DNA of 64,000 bases from Savitreella phatthalungensis (GCA_051599415.1 AP039695.1:434001-498000), one strand, 5' to 3'; positions 43,209 to 54,274 are shown, counted from the first letter of the stretch. Notes: generated from the letters alone by a model not told the origin. Numbers and translations: made by a program.

Positions 43209-44529
43209 GAGGAGTTCGTGTACAAGCAACTCAAAAATCGGTGGTATCGTGTCCATCAGGGAAGTGACAGCAGCTTTGCACCTCTTCCCAACCACATCAC
43301 GGCTTACCTCACACCCACCCCAACCCCAGATTCACAAGCCAGAGTCAGAGACGCAGACAGATTTGTAGATAGTATTGCACATTATTGATGATTGTCAAAG
43401 CTTATGATTGAGTGACCAGTCTGTTGCTGCGTTGACTCACGAAGTGGGCACGGTCTCAGGCACAACATGACAGGCACGCGCATATCTTTCTGACGTTCGT
43501 GATGGAGAATCGTTCATGAACTAGATAACTACCGAAGTTCCTTTGACTCGGCCAGGATCTTCAGCGTGCAGACCTAAGGTGGTGATCTGACGCAGAGGAT
43601 GATGGGAAAGTCGAAGGTCAAAGGGATTCGTCAGAAGGCGTCACTGTCCTGCCCCGGGGGTCCCCTAAAGGACCAAAACGCCAATGGGCAAGAGATCATC
43701 GTCAGTGCGGTAGGGAATTTCCCTTCGCACTGTATGGGTATGGAACAACTCTCGACAGTAAAGTCAAAAAGCCGTCCATCAGAAAAGAGTTCTCACTCAT
43801 ACCGGACAGTGACGGTTCGGATCATCTTCCGAATTTAGCTTTGTAGCTTGTTTAGAGAAACAAGACTAGACGCTTACTATCATTTGATTCTGAAGAGTAT
43901 CGTCGTGAAGATTTGAATCAGGGACCTTGACCTCCTTATATAGACGCAGGTGGGTGTGGGTGTGAGTAGGAGAGTGAGTGAGCGTGTGGGAAGTCTCTCT
44001 CCATCCAGGCCTGACTCACCCAGGCACCATTCATCCATCCATTCAATCATTCAGCTGCCTGCAGGTCCAGTAAGCCAGATCCACTGAAATCGAACATTTT
44101 GCAAAGAACAAGTCTGATCACCCCGTGAGCGAGGCTGGTCAAGGTCAGATCATTCAATGTGAAGTGAAACAATCAATGAGGATTTTCCACGGCCAATCTG
44201 ATTGCAGTTGATTTGGAAGTTTCCATGTCGAATTTCAAATTCAAGGTGACAGAACGATCGATGGTCTAATTGTGCATCCTGATTTGAAATTTGTGCATTG
44301 ATAGAAATTTGAATTTTCCTCAGCGCAGTCTGCAGTCCATGCATGGCAACCATGACTTCCATCTTAAAACTCTAACTGAACGATGTTGTTACGTGCACGG
44401 GAACACCACACCCACAGTCATACATATATTCACCATAAGATTGATCATCAAAGTAAACAACACAACCCTGCACAACATATATATCATCCTTGCTGCACAA
44501 ACGATCTTCTTCCCCCCTCTTGACCACCA

Positions 44530-45207
44530 ATGTCGGAGTGTATAGAGCTGATTGCAGACACGCAAAAGACCTTCTCGATCGGCAATGACCTAGGCGCACT
44601 CTCTCGGATCGGCGGGGCTGTGATTGAGGCCCGTCGAATCCGAGGTCGTCGACGTAATGAGAGTCGTCAAGTGGTGAGTGAATCGCGTCGAGCGCTCGAC
44701 ATGGCTCGTGAGTCGCTCGATATGGTCCGTCGGAAGGTCGACGGAGTGCTGGATGCAGACGACCTAGCATCCATCCACAACCTTCCAGGCATTTCATCCC
44801 TCTCGCCTTTCAATCCGTCGAGCGCGACACACAGGACGCACGAGGACCTCATGGCAGCACTCGACCGGGCGAAATTTGGTCTTGCCAAGGAGATCAACGA
44901 CGTCGAGTCGACCACCCACATCCTCGAGTCGTCACTCCGCAGAAGGCGTGAGGAGCTGACGGCGTCGTCGGCGGACGTCAGACGCGAACCAGATGCGTTC
45001 CAGGGGTCTGAAGGCCACGTGCTCAAACTAGCAGTCTACAGGGACCTCGGCATCACCCTGCACGAGTCTCCACACCAGCACGGAACCTACACAAAGGCAG
45101 TCATCAGATCACCGCGCAACGACAACGTCCATATCGTCACCCTCGACAGCAACAGCACGGGTGAAATCTCCTACGCCGACCAGCTCTGGACACTCGCGTC
45201 CCGGTAG
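44530..45207 (+). CDS. SPC24: Kinetochore Ndc80-complex subunit Spc24
   Basis: N-terminal LI..T..TF....D..ALSRI, coiled coil with LDRAKFGLAKEINDVES, C-terminal LKLAVYRDLGI...YTKAVIR...VHIV...QLW. Confidence 0.88.
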   Translation: MSECIELIADTQKTFSIGNDLGALSRIGGAVIEARRIRGRRRNESRQVVSESRRALDMARESLDMVRRKVDGVLDADDLASIHNLPGISSLSPFNPSSATHRTHEDLMAALDRAKFGLAKEINDVESTTHILESSLRRRREELTASSADVRREPDAFQGSEGHVLKLAVYRDLGITLHESPHQHGTYTKAVIRSPRNDNVHIVTLDSNSTGEISYADQLWTLASR

Positions 45208-45294
45208 TCACACTGTAGAGTAGGAGGGCCAAAAGGACACATCGATATGTGTAGTTGATTGTATGTACATGAATCTAGGAGAGTCTCGAGTGGG

Positions 45295-46134
45295 TTACGA
45301 GAGCAGGATTGAGAGTAGGACGATGGTGACGATGAAGATCAGGATCAGCGTCAGACACAGCTTTCTCTTTCGCGAGCGCCGTTGCGACCTTTCAGCCTTG
45401 CGCAACTGGTGATCAGCGTACTCGGCATCGACAGCGACATTGTCGATATTGGCCTCAATCGAATCAACCATCTCCCCTTGCTGCCGTACCATCGTTCCCA
45501 GATCTCTAAAAATCTCATTCAGCTCCGTGATTCCCTGCTCGATGTTCTGAATCTCAGCTTCACGCTCCTCGATCAGGGCTTCATTGTACTCGACTTCTGC
45601 CTCGTCAGCGAGCGTCTGCTGCTGCTGTTGCTGTTGCTGCTGCTGCTGCTGTTGCAGTGGTGTGGCGTCGATGAGAGGGGTCTCGATCTCGACAATGTCC
45701 TGCTTGGCTCGACCGACGACGGCGCGCTCGTATTCGGCTGCTTTCCGCTGGACGGCCTGGAAGTTGGCTGCGGCCCTGGCGAAATCCCTAGACAACTTCT
45801 CCCTCGTCACGCGCGCAGCATCGCCAGCATACCCATCCTCACGCGCAGCCTCCAGCATCTTCAGCGTCTCACCAGCATCCTTGATACCAGATCGCGTGCC
45901 CTCAAGCAGTTTCCGCAACGACGCCTCCCGCCCAGCACCATCCGTCGTCGGCGGCTGTGTGGATGACTGCTGCTGAGCATGCAGCAGGCGCTGCAGCTGC
46001 GTCACGTTGCTCGAGATCTGGAAAATGTGCCGCGACATGGTGTTGGTCAGCTGCGCAAACTCAGACGTAGATCCACCCGTCGGTCTGCTCTTGCTCGTCC
46101 CCGCACCGCCATTGCCGAGCGTGTTGAACGACAT
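45295..46134 (-). CDS. PEP12: Endosomal/vacuolar syntaxin (Pep12/Vam3-like Qa-SNARE)
   Basis: Habc region; SNARE motif EREAEIQNIEQGITELNEIFRDLGTMVRQQGEMVDSIEANI; C-terminal TM; polyQ linker. Confidence 0.88.
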   Translation of the reverse strand: MSFNTLGNGGAGTSKSRPTGGSTSEFAQLTNTMSRHIFQISSNVTQLQRLLHAQQQSSTQPPTTDGAGREASLRKLLEGTRSGIKDAGETLKMLEAAREDGYAGDAARVTREKLSRDFARAAANFQAVQRKAAEYERAVVGRAKQDIVEIETPLIDATPLQQQQQQQQQQQQQTLADEAEVEYNEALIEEREAEIQNIEQGITELNEIFRDLGTMVRQQGEMVDSIEANIDNVAVDAEYADHQLRKAERSQRRSRKRKLCLTLILIFIVTIVLLSILLS

Positions 46135-46418
46135 GCTGACTCAGGCGACAACCGCCAGATGTGAACTAGTTGATGCGACTGGGCGCAGCTCGTGCGCTTC
46201 GTGTCTTGGCGTGTCTCGTTGATGTGAACGCACGAATGCGGTTGCCTAATCTTTTTGACGTACGTAGACAGATCAACTGTGTTGATCAACTTTACGCTCT
46301 TTTGCATCTGCATTTCGAAATGTGGCAGCTCAAATGCACACGCGCCATGCACATGGGTGATCAGCCCAGCATCAAGTCAACGCAAGGTTCTTGAGCACAC
46401 TATCACCGTATTGAGGAC

Positions 46419-46480
46419 ATGGCCGAGTCATAGCTCTCATGGCTGAGTCATGGCTTTGATGGCCGAGTCATAGCTTTCAT
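46419..46480. repeat. Tandem 20-bp repeat x3
   Basis: ATGGCCGAGTCATAGCTCTC / ATGGCTGAGTCATGGCTTTG / ATGGCCGAGTCATAGCTTTC. Confidence 0.9.
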
Positions 46481-46515
46481 TACTTTCATAATTACATCAC
46501 AGACGCCATGTCGAT

Positions 46516-46534
46516 TGTGTGTGTGTGTGTGTGT
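46516..46534 (+). repeat. (TG)n microsatellite
   Basis: About 9 TG units. Confidence 0.85.
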
Positions 46535-46567
46535 GCCGATGGTCATCGTCTTCGGATAACCGATTGG

Positions 46568-47326
46568 CTAGGTGAGCTTGATGATTGGGATCATCAGGAA
46601 GATGGAGAGGAAGACGACGGCAATAGCGCCAAAGGACAGCCAGGTGGTGCCCGAAGATGTCTTACTGTACTTGCCTAGCCTCTTGCCAGCTGATGTCATC
46701 TTGCCGGCGTTCTGGCTGAGAGCCTCGCCGACCTTGTCGATGAGGGCGTTGTCCTTTGTGATGGCTTCGCCGAATTTGACCTGCGACGCTCGTAACGCCC
46801 TCGCCATCTCGAGCAACTCCTCTGAAATCCGATCCTGCGTCTCGCGATCATCCTCCAGCACCTTCTCCTCTGAGCGCTTCTCCGCATCCAGACTTCCAAA
46901 CAACGCATCCCGCGGGCGTTCAGAGTCGACTAAGTTCTGCATCGACTGCGCATCCGATGACTCTGTTGCAGCCTTCTCTGCATGCTTCTTCTCCTCAGCT
47001 TCTGCTGCAGCGGCCGCCGCCTCTGCGACGTCCAGCAGCTCAGCTTGCCGCTCCGCTAGTCGTTCCGCTATCTTCTCAACCCGCGTCCGCTCGAGTTTCA
47101 GTGGTCGAGATGGTTTCGTCTGCCGCTCAACATCGATGAGTAGTGTGTGCGCGTAGTCCAGGTTCTGATGCTCGGTCAGTATAAGCTCCGGGGTCACTAT
47201 TCTGAGCCTCGTGTGACGAACCTTTCGTAGCTTCTGCACATAGAAGCCATCGCTTTCCGCTATCGCCTCGCGGCTCGTCAAGCCGTCAAGCCGATCTAGT
47301 AAGTCACCGAGCGTATCGACATCCAT
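46568..47326 (-). CDS. USE1: ER SNARE Use1/Slt1
   Basis: QDRISEELLEMARALRASQVKF...KDNALID SNARE-like heptads and a C-terminal TM anchor. Confidence 0.8.
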   Translation of the reverse strand: MDVDTLGDLLDRLDGLTSREAIAESDGFYVQKLRKVRHTRLRIVTPELILTEHQNLDYAHTLLIDVERQTKPSRPLKLERTRVEKIAERLAERQAELLDVAEAAAAAAEAEEKKHAEKAATESSDAQSMQNLVDSERPRDALFGSLDAEKRSEEKVLEDDRETQDRISEELLEMARALRASQVKFGEAITKDNALIDKVGEALSQNAGKMTSAGKRLGKYSKTSSGTTWLSFGAIAVVFLSIFLMIPIIKLT

Positions 47327-47497
47327 TGTGTCCGTCTGGAGGACAACACGTCTGCCTATCCTAATAAAGTGCCCGATTTGAAATGACGTTTTTTACTAGG
47401 TCCACACCACATCGCGGGTAGTCTGACCTTCAGAGGCGCGCAAGCACATCACGATTCAACTCGCTCGGCAGAAGAGCGTGACTGGCTCCTGAGGCGG

Positions 47498-47979
47498 ATG
47501 TCGTTTCTGCTGGTGATTGTAGGCCCGGCTGACGAACCGCTGTACCAGCTGGAGTTTGGAACTTCTCGGTCAGGCGGTGATGGAACCGCACGGTTCAGAG
47601 AGGATGCTCGGCCAATGAACCAATTCATCCTCCACTCGAGTCTCGACATTGTGGACGAGCTCATCTTCAAAGACGCTCAGATGTACATGAAGACGGTAGA
47701 TCGGTTCAACAACGCACACATCTCTGCATTTGTCACCGCAGGCAGTAAGTTTTCCCCGTAGGCTCCGTGATGTTGCTTGGCCTACTGACATGTTGTCTAG
47801 ATGTCCGATTTTTGCTGCTGCACGACGTCAAGAACGATGAAGCCATCAAGACATTCCTCAACGACCTGTATGAGCTCTACCTGAAGACCATCATGAACCC
47901 GTTCCACGAACACAACGCACCCATCACATCATCCGCTTTCGATGGACGTGTACGAGCGCTTGCGCGCAAGTACTTGTGA
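47498..47979 (+). CDS. TRS20: TRAPP subunit Trs20/sedlin, 141 aa; exons 47498-47744, 47801-47979
   Basis: NQFILHSSLDIVDE, MYMKTVDRFN; 56-nt intron GTAAGT..ACTGAC..CTAG gives TAGNVRFLLLHD; ends FDGRVRALARKYL. Confidence 0.95.
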
Positions 47980-48088
47980 TGACAATGAGGACCGCTGGAC
48001 TGACATCGATGGACGATTATGTACAATACATTTGATGCTAACGCGACGTAACGTGAAGTGATGTTATGTTGGTGACGGGTGAGTTGGT

Positions 48089-48535
48089 CTATGCGCTGAC
48101 ACCCTCGCGAGGCGGGATTTTTACGGTCTTTGCATCGTAGAAGCCCAATCGACGGATGCGTGGCTCTGTCGGATCGGCAGGGAGCGTGTGGGCGCGGTCA
48201 TAGACGATGCCGACGAATTGGCGTCTGGGGAATGCGGGATCCTTGTAGTATTTGACGAATCCAGGCTGAAGGGCAAACAGGGTATGGTCGCGACCCATGC
48301 CAACGTGCTGGCCTGCGTGCCACACAGTACCGCGCTGGCGAACGATGATCTGACCAGTCTTGATCGCCTGGCCACCGGATCGCTTGATTCCGAGACGTTG
48401 ACCAGGAGAATCCTTGTTGTTCTTGGCTGTACCACCTGCACGCTTTGTAGCGAACCGCACCTGATTAAATAGTGTACCGTCAAGGGCCGTCTGAGTCCCT
48501 GTTGACCGCACTAGCGATCGGAACAAGCCAGACAT
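48089..48535 (-). CDS. MRP7: Mitochondrial ribosomal protein bL27m
   Basis: [52 protein letters not shown]; start ATG 48535. Confidence 0.93.
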   Translation of the reverse strand: MSGLFRSLVRSTGTQTALDGTLFNQVRFATKRAGGTAKNNKDSPGQRLGIKRSGGQAIKTGQIIVRQRGTVWHAGQHVGMGRDHTLFALQPGFVKYYKDPAFPRRQFVGIVYDRAHTLPADPTEPRIRRLGFYDAKTVKIPPREGVSA

Positions 48536-48882
48536 TGGTGTAGAGCAGGCGATGAGGTAGATTCTACAGTGCTGGGATATGTAGATGATGGTTGGTGCAC
48601 TGTGGATTTTCTTTTCCTCAGAGTGTGTACTTGGAGTGTATATGCTGTGCTGCGGTGAAGTGGATATTTGTGCATTCATTCGAGACAAGCGATCGATGCA
48701 TTTACTCGGGGTTCTATAGCCATACTACAGATTCATACGAACACATCGTCATCTACAGCTTCAACAGTAAGAGCAGCAAGCGTTCGCAGCAGTGAGATCT
48801 ATCAAGCGATCGACCCATCGATCTCATTCTGATTTTCTACACTGGTTGCGACTCCTTCCAGCCGACGTGCAGCGAGAACAAG

Positions 48883-49204
48883 ATGGTTAGGCCAGTCGTC
48901 TCGGCAGGGTGAGTGATACGCGCGGATTTGATCGCTTCATGGACGTACAGTTTGCTGACTGACATTTTCCAGATATGCCACCTTTTGTACAGTGCTCTCG
49001 TTGTTCGCTATGCTCATTCTCGGCTTGATAGCGGTCTTCTTCACAATAGGCGCAACAGCGCTCGTCGATGGCCTGCCAGAGGATGTGAGCGGGAAAGATG
49101 CAGCTGCGACTTGCGTTGCAACCGTGGTGGTATACGCCGTCTTCTTCATTTTCTGTGGTTCGCAGGTCTACCTGAATCGGCAACAGGGCCAGATTCAGCT
49201 ATGA
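48883..49204 (+). CDS. V-ATPase Vo subunit f (YPR170W-B / RNASEK homologue), 85 aa; exons 48883-48908, 48973-49204
   Basis: Spliced MVRPVVSAGYATFCTVLSLFAMLIL...VYAVFFIFCGSQVYL, two TM helices; 64-nt intron GTGAGT..GCTGAC..CCAG. Confidence 0.88.
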
Positions 49205-49310
49205 TGCCTCCCGGATATACGCTCTACCTCTCATGACCAGTCATCAATCATCTCATTAACGTACAATAAATCGACCCGTCCATCCCGTGAAAAAGGTCGC
49301 CGCAAATCGA

Positions 49311-50174
49311 TCATGCCTCCTCTGCCATGACACTCCGACGATGGCGCTGGTATGGCCGTAGACGCCATTCAACATCCGCGTCCTCTTGATCGATCGTGCC
49401 TAGCTTGATCTCGAACATTCGCATCTCAAATCGTGGACCAACTTCCGCAAGCTCGACCTGTCTGTTGCCCGTCCGAACAAAGACGTGATTTCGGAAAGAG
49501 ATGTAGTCATCGCGGTTGGCGAATGTGACGACGCGTGGTGAGGCCGCAGGAGGCGATGGCGGAAAGAGTGCTTTGAGGACATTTGATGTTCGCTTGCCGA
49601 GCTTGCTTGACATGTTGTCGAGGATCAGGTTCGGGTAGGCCTCTGACACAGTGCCGACGTCTGGGATATCGTGCCTGAGGACGACGTTGTGGAGGGAGAA
49701 TGAGACGGTGGGTCCATACGGGAAATGGGAGATGACAAGAGCATCTGGCTTGCCTCGGGTCTCGTGTAAGACGATCAAGTCAGTGACCTCACTGGCTCTG
49801 CATGCGCCAACAATGTCGCGGACAACGTGATTACCTCGATTGATGCGCTGGGAGTTCGGTATTAGCAGGCGGAACTCCTTGGCGAATTGAGCTAGCTTTG
49901 TGGAGGGATCACGTGATGTTGTGATGAGAATCTTGGGCTCGCGTTCACCGAGAGTGCGGTACTCGTCATCCATATCTGCCAATTCCGCACTGTCGTCGAA
50001 GCGGTAGTCCGCGCGCAGCTTTGCATCGTCACGAATCTCGCGGGAAATGTTCTTCTTGTCGTTCTCCAGGGCACGTTTGAGCTGACTGCGCTTCTCGTGA
50101 AGCTGTGCCTCCTGAAGCTGCTGCATGCGGCCATGCAGGTACTGTCGGCGTTCTCTGGCCGTCTTACGCAGCAT
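49311..50174 (-). CDS. IMP4: U3 snoRNP Brix-domain protein Imp4
   Basis: MLRKTARERRQYL, TTSRDPS, HETRGKPDAL, ELAEVGPRFEM. Confidence 0.97.
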   Translation of the reverse strand: MLRKTARERRQYLHGRMQQLQEAQLHEKRSQLKRALENDKKNISREIRDDAKLRADYRFDDSAELADMDDEYRTLGEREPKILITTSRDPSTKLAQFAKEFRLLIPNSQRINRGNHVVRDIVGACRASEVTDLIVLHETRGKPDALVISHFPYGPTVSFSLHNVVLRHDIPDVGTVSEAYPNLILDNMSSKLGKRTSNVLKALFPPSPPAASPRVVTFANRDDYISFRNHVFVRTGNRQVELAEVGPRFEMRMFEIKLGTIDQEDADVEWRLRPYQRHRRSVMAEEA

Positions 50175-50715
50175 ACTGAATACTCAAAATGGGGTCTTGC
50201 GATGGCTTTCTTGTATCGAAGAGAAACTGGAAGCGCACTGACTGCTACAGTTGTATTCAGATGATCGACTTCAACTCCTGAATGGCTGTTGCTGTAGCTG
50301 TTGAAACTCCTGAAAGGCTATTGCTGTGGCTGCTGTTCTTGTTGCCTACAGTCCAGTGTATGATGTTTGTACCTGAGGATGTATTGCGTGCATGATATTG
50401 ATCTTGTTGAAGTGATGATATATCCATACACGTACTCGATGCAGTGCGCGTAATTCATAATTTACAGTGCATCATCAATCTCATTCAGCCGTGTCAATAT
50501 GCTAGTATACTGTGCTGTGATAGACAGTGTATACGCAATCATCACTATACCTCACCCAAGGGAATACTTGCTATAGCCCAATAGAAGACTTCGCTTCACG
50601 GCAGTTCACAGTAAATCGACAGACTCAGCTAGACGCGCATCGACTGGGATACATTCACAGAGGTCAGACGAGAGATTCATAGATCACTCAGCCACTTACA
50701 GACCAAAGCTGGGTC

Positions 50716-52260
50716 ATGGAGGCAGAAGAAGAGGTGGCAAGCTTCTGTGCCGTCACTGGTGCAGACCCGTCTGCAGCTCAACAGTACCTGGAATTCGCAG
50801 GTGGAGATCTAGAGCAGGCCATTCTCCTCTTCTATGAAAGTGGCGGTCAGACAGGAGCATCCACCTCGTCGGGCTTGAATGCCACCACCTCCACTCATTC
50901 AGCCCCACGTCAGACGATAGACACCGATGATGGTCCGATTGAGATTCCAGACGATGACGAGGATGATGAAGCTATGGCACGGCGGCTTGCCTCTGAGTGG
51001 GGAGGGTCTGGCGCAGGCACGGCTAACGAAGTTCGCGCTCCCATTGCACGCACCCAGGGTGTACTACAGGATGAGATGCCCTTTGACCCGACATCTCTGC
51101 CAGGGATCTTGGGTAATAGATTCGACGCATTGGGCGGGGTGATGAATGGCGGCAGCTCCGGCAGGAGTTCGCGCGGCAGTGGGATCGGTCCTTCCACAAG
51201 GCGAGGCATGGCTCCCCGTGGCATTTTCAATCAGGCCGCACCCAGCGTGTGGGATCGTGTCGGTTCAGACGAGTTTGGGATCGCTGGCGATCGTGAGCTT
51301 GCAGAGAGTACTGGCGGAGCTAGTGAAGACTCTGCCAAGTCATCCCGCCTCGCTCGCCTCTTCCAGCCTCCGTTTGATATCATGGCAGACGTTGACCTCG
51401 AATCTGCCAGATCGGAGGCTCGCGCAGACTCCAAATGGATCATGGTCAATCTGCATGACAGCAGCGATTTCTCATGTCAGATGCTCAACAGAGATCTGTG
51501 GAAAGATCGAACCGTCAAGGCTATCGTCAAAGAGCATTTCCTCTTTCTGCAGTACAACAAGGACAGTGATGATGGTCTATCATACCTGCAGTTCTATCCA
51601 GTCCGTCGGTATCCTCACATCAGTATTCTAGATCCACGCACGGGTGAAAAGGTACGCGAATGGGACAGGGTGGTTGAGCCGGTCGACTTCATCTCAGAGG
51701 TTACGGAGTTTCTGGAGAGCTTCTCTCTCGACGAAGCTGCCTCGAACCCAGTGCATAAGCGACCAAAGACTCCCGCTAAACGTCCCGAGGATATGAGTGA
51801 AGAAGAGCAGCTGAATGCAGCGATTCTAGCATCCGCGGGATTCTCAGCGGGCAACCACACCAACGCATACAGCAGCAACGACAATGGCACGAAATCTAAT
51901 GACAACGAGACCCGCGCAGCGGCAGAGATGGATGAGGAGAATAATGATGATGTACAGGTCATTGATGCGCCTGCCGATGATGCCTTCTCTCGGATTCCAG
52001 CTGAAGTGGGATCGGAGCCAGCAGCATCCGCGCCCGATACAACGCGTATTCAGCTGCGATTACCTAAAGGCCGGATTGTCAGGCGATTCAACCTCAATGA
52101 CCCTGTCGAGCAAGTTTTCAGCTTCGTCAAGACACAGAAACCTGGAGCGCGCTTCAAGATTGTCTTCAACAGAGATAATCTGATCGACAAACTAGAGCAG
52201 ACGGTGGCTGAAGCAGGTCTGAAGAACGCCAGCTTACAAGTCGAGTTCGACGAGGAATAA
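50716..52260 (+). CDS. UBX5: UBA-UAS-UIM-UBX Cdc48 cofactor (Ubx5/UBXN7)
   Basis: UBA-like N-terminus; LARLFQPPFDIM; FSCQMLNRDLWK; ILDPRTGE; UIM MSEEEQLNAAILAS; C-terminal UBX. Confidence 0.92.
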   Translation: MEAEEEVASFCAVTGADPSAAQQYLEFAGGDLEQAILLFYESGGQTGASTSSGLNATTSTHSAPRQTIDTDDGPIEIPDDDEDDEAMARRLASEWGGSGAGTANEVRAPIARTQGVLQDEMPFDPTSLPGILGNRFDALGGVMNGGSSGRSSRGSGIGPSTRRGMAPRGIFNQAAPSVWDRVGSDEFGIAGDRELAESTGGASEDSAKSSRLARLFQPPFDIMADVDLESARSEARADSKWIMVNLHDSSDFSCQMLNRDLWKDRTVKAIVKEHFLFLQYNKDSDDGLSYLQFYPVRRYPHISILDPRTGEKVREWDRVVEPVDFISEVTEFLESFSLDEAASNPVHKRPKTPAKRPEDMSEEEQLNAAILASAGFSAGNHTNAYSSNDNGTKSNDNETRAAAEMDEENNDDVQVIDAPADDAFSRIPAEVGSEPAASAPDTTRIQLRLPKGRIVRRFNLNDPVEQVFSFVKTQKPGARFKIVFNRDNLIDKLEQTVAEAGLKNASLQVEFDEE

Positions 52261-52497
52261 TGACTTAGCAAGTAGTGAATCAGAGAATCACAAAGTAGCT
52301 TGTCAACTCGTCTGTTTTTACTTGGCCTGGGCTCAAACTAAGGTTACCATAGTATCATGAACAATAGTTGCCTGCGGGCCGTCACGTGAATCTAATTTGT
52401 CTCCACACCGGATACTGCTCAATCATCCGCAGAAAATGCACCCTTGTGCACAGCTCATAAAAGGAGACCACGTCTGCAGCGTGCTATACCTCGACTT

Positions 52498-53115
52498 ATG
52501 GTGCAGCGTCTCCGCTGGCTAGAAGCCATATCAGGCACAGTACCCATCGTACTGACATATGCCTATTTTCCGGCCCTCATTGCTGAGCCTGTTGCTACCA
52601 TCGCGAAATTGACGCCTTTCGTATTGCTGTCAACGGTAATTCCACTGTTTGCTTCAGGTGCTCCGCCTGCCAACATACTCTACAGCGTTGCTGTGTCATC
52701 TACACTTGGAACGGCTCTCCTGTACACAGTCGCTGTGCTATTTGGCGCGCCTGTGACCGTCCTTTTCAGCGAGACCGCAGGACTATCGCTCCATTGTGCG
52801 CTCACAAGTCTCCTGCCGGCGCTCACGTATACGCGCCCACCGACCTTGGATCGCCTGCAGAGGCCACATGCACTGACAGAATGGGCCGATGGCAGCTACG
52901 GCTACATCATCGGCACACTAGCAGGCGCGTACGCAGGTTGCATTCCAATACCACTCGATTGGGATCGGCCCTGGCAACGGTGGCCCGTCACTGTCTACAC
53001 CGGCGCGTGCATCGGCCTAGCTCTCGGCACAATCTCGGAAGCTCTCTATGACCTGTACACCATAAGATCGAAACCCAAGACTGCAAAACCTTCCTCGAAA
53101 GCGAAGACGAATTAG
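52498..53115 (+). CDS. GPI11: GPI ethanolamine-phosphate transferase subunit Gpi11/PIG-F
   Basis: VLFGAP and GAYAGCIPIPLDWDRPWQRWPV signature; start uncertain. Confidence 0.92.
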   Translation: MVQRLRWLEAISGTVPIVLTYAYFPALIAEPVATIAKLTPFVLLSTVIPLFASGAPPANILYSVAVSSTLGTALLYTVAVLFGAPVTVLFSETAGLSLHCALTSLLPALTYTRPPTLDRLQRPHALTEWADGSYGYIIGTLAGAYAGCIPIPLDWDRPWQRWPVTVYTGACIGLALGTISEALYDLYTIRSKPKTAKPSSKAKTN

Positions 53116-53484
53116 AAGACCTCTACTTTGCACGCTCTGTCAATGCGTGCACGTGTACTGGGCAGAGCGTTCAAGAGCTAGACGGCCTGAACTTGCCGCA
53201 CAAGCCCTGCAGATCGTTCTCATGCCGACCGTCTGTATTTGACTGATGCGGCGGTTTATATGCCGGTGCACAAGACAGGATTCTGCCAGTTGACCCTTTT
53301 GGGCGATCAAAGGGTGGCGTCCAACTAATTTCATACGACAACGGAGAAAACGCTGCAGAATCCAGCCGTTACCGGCGACAAAGCGAGAAGCCAACATAAC
53401 AAAGACGTACACAGTGGCAGTACATAAGACAGTGTTGTACACGAGGGGTGTCCCACCGTCTCAGCAGCACTGTCGCACTCGATC

Positions 53485-54236
53485 ATGTTCTTGAGCACCA
53501 CTTCGTCCACTTTACTCACCGTCTTTGCAATAGCGCATATTGCGTCTGTCGGCGCAGCGGACTCCTCGAGCGCAGTGGTCCTGCCAAACTGCGCCCAGGC
53601 GTGCTTCAGCAGCGCTGCAGCTCTATCGACGTGCCCCGACAACACGCCGAAATGTATTTGCACGGACAATGTCTGTAAGTCTCCATAACCTGTGACTCAA
53701 GCTGCGGCACAGCCGCTGACGAAACCTGCTCCACAGTCATCACCGGGGTAGCCAACTGCATCGTTCCAGTCTGCTCGGCATCCGACGTCCAGCTCACAGA
53801 GCAGTATGCTACGCTTCTCTGCCGCACGATCGCCGGCATCAATCCGGGACCGCAGATCGCAGCGGCCGTCGCTGCAGCTAGTGCGTCGTCGCTTGCGGCA
53901 GCCAGTCCATCTACCACTGCCGAATCTGCAACTACGGATGCTGCTGCAGCGAGTACCCCTACAGAGGTCGCAACCTCGCCTGCGGAAGTAGCATCGGCGA
54001 CATCGTCCTCGGTAGCCAGCGAGGCGGCGCCGACTTCTGCAATCTCGTCAGCTGCGTCATCATCAGCGTCAGTCTCGGACATTTCCGCTACCCTCCCTGT
54101 GTCTATGCCTATGTCGACGCTCCCGAGATCCTCATCGTCCGACGCCACACCGATCAAAGGTTTCAAAGGTCGCGTGATGGTTACGCTAGGCGTCGTCACG
54201 GCTTCTGTTGCCGCTGCGGTATTACTCGTTCTCTGA
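53485..54236 (+). CDS. Secreted CFEM-domain, Ser/Ala/Thr-rich, probably GPI-anchored protein, 229 aa; exons 53485-53674, 53737-54236
   Basis: Signal peptide; after removing a 62-nt intron (GTAAGT..GCTGAC..ACAG) there are 8 Cys in CFEM spacing (LPNCAQAC..TC..KCIC..NC..VC..LC); hydrophobic C-terminus. Confidence 0.88.
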
Positions 54237-54274
54237 CATAGCTAATGTACAAAATCTCTGACAAATGTCTATTG

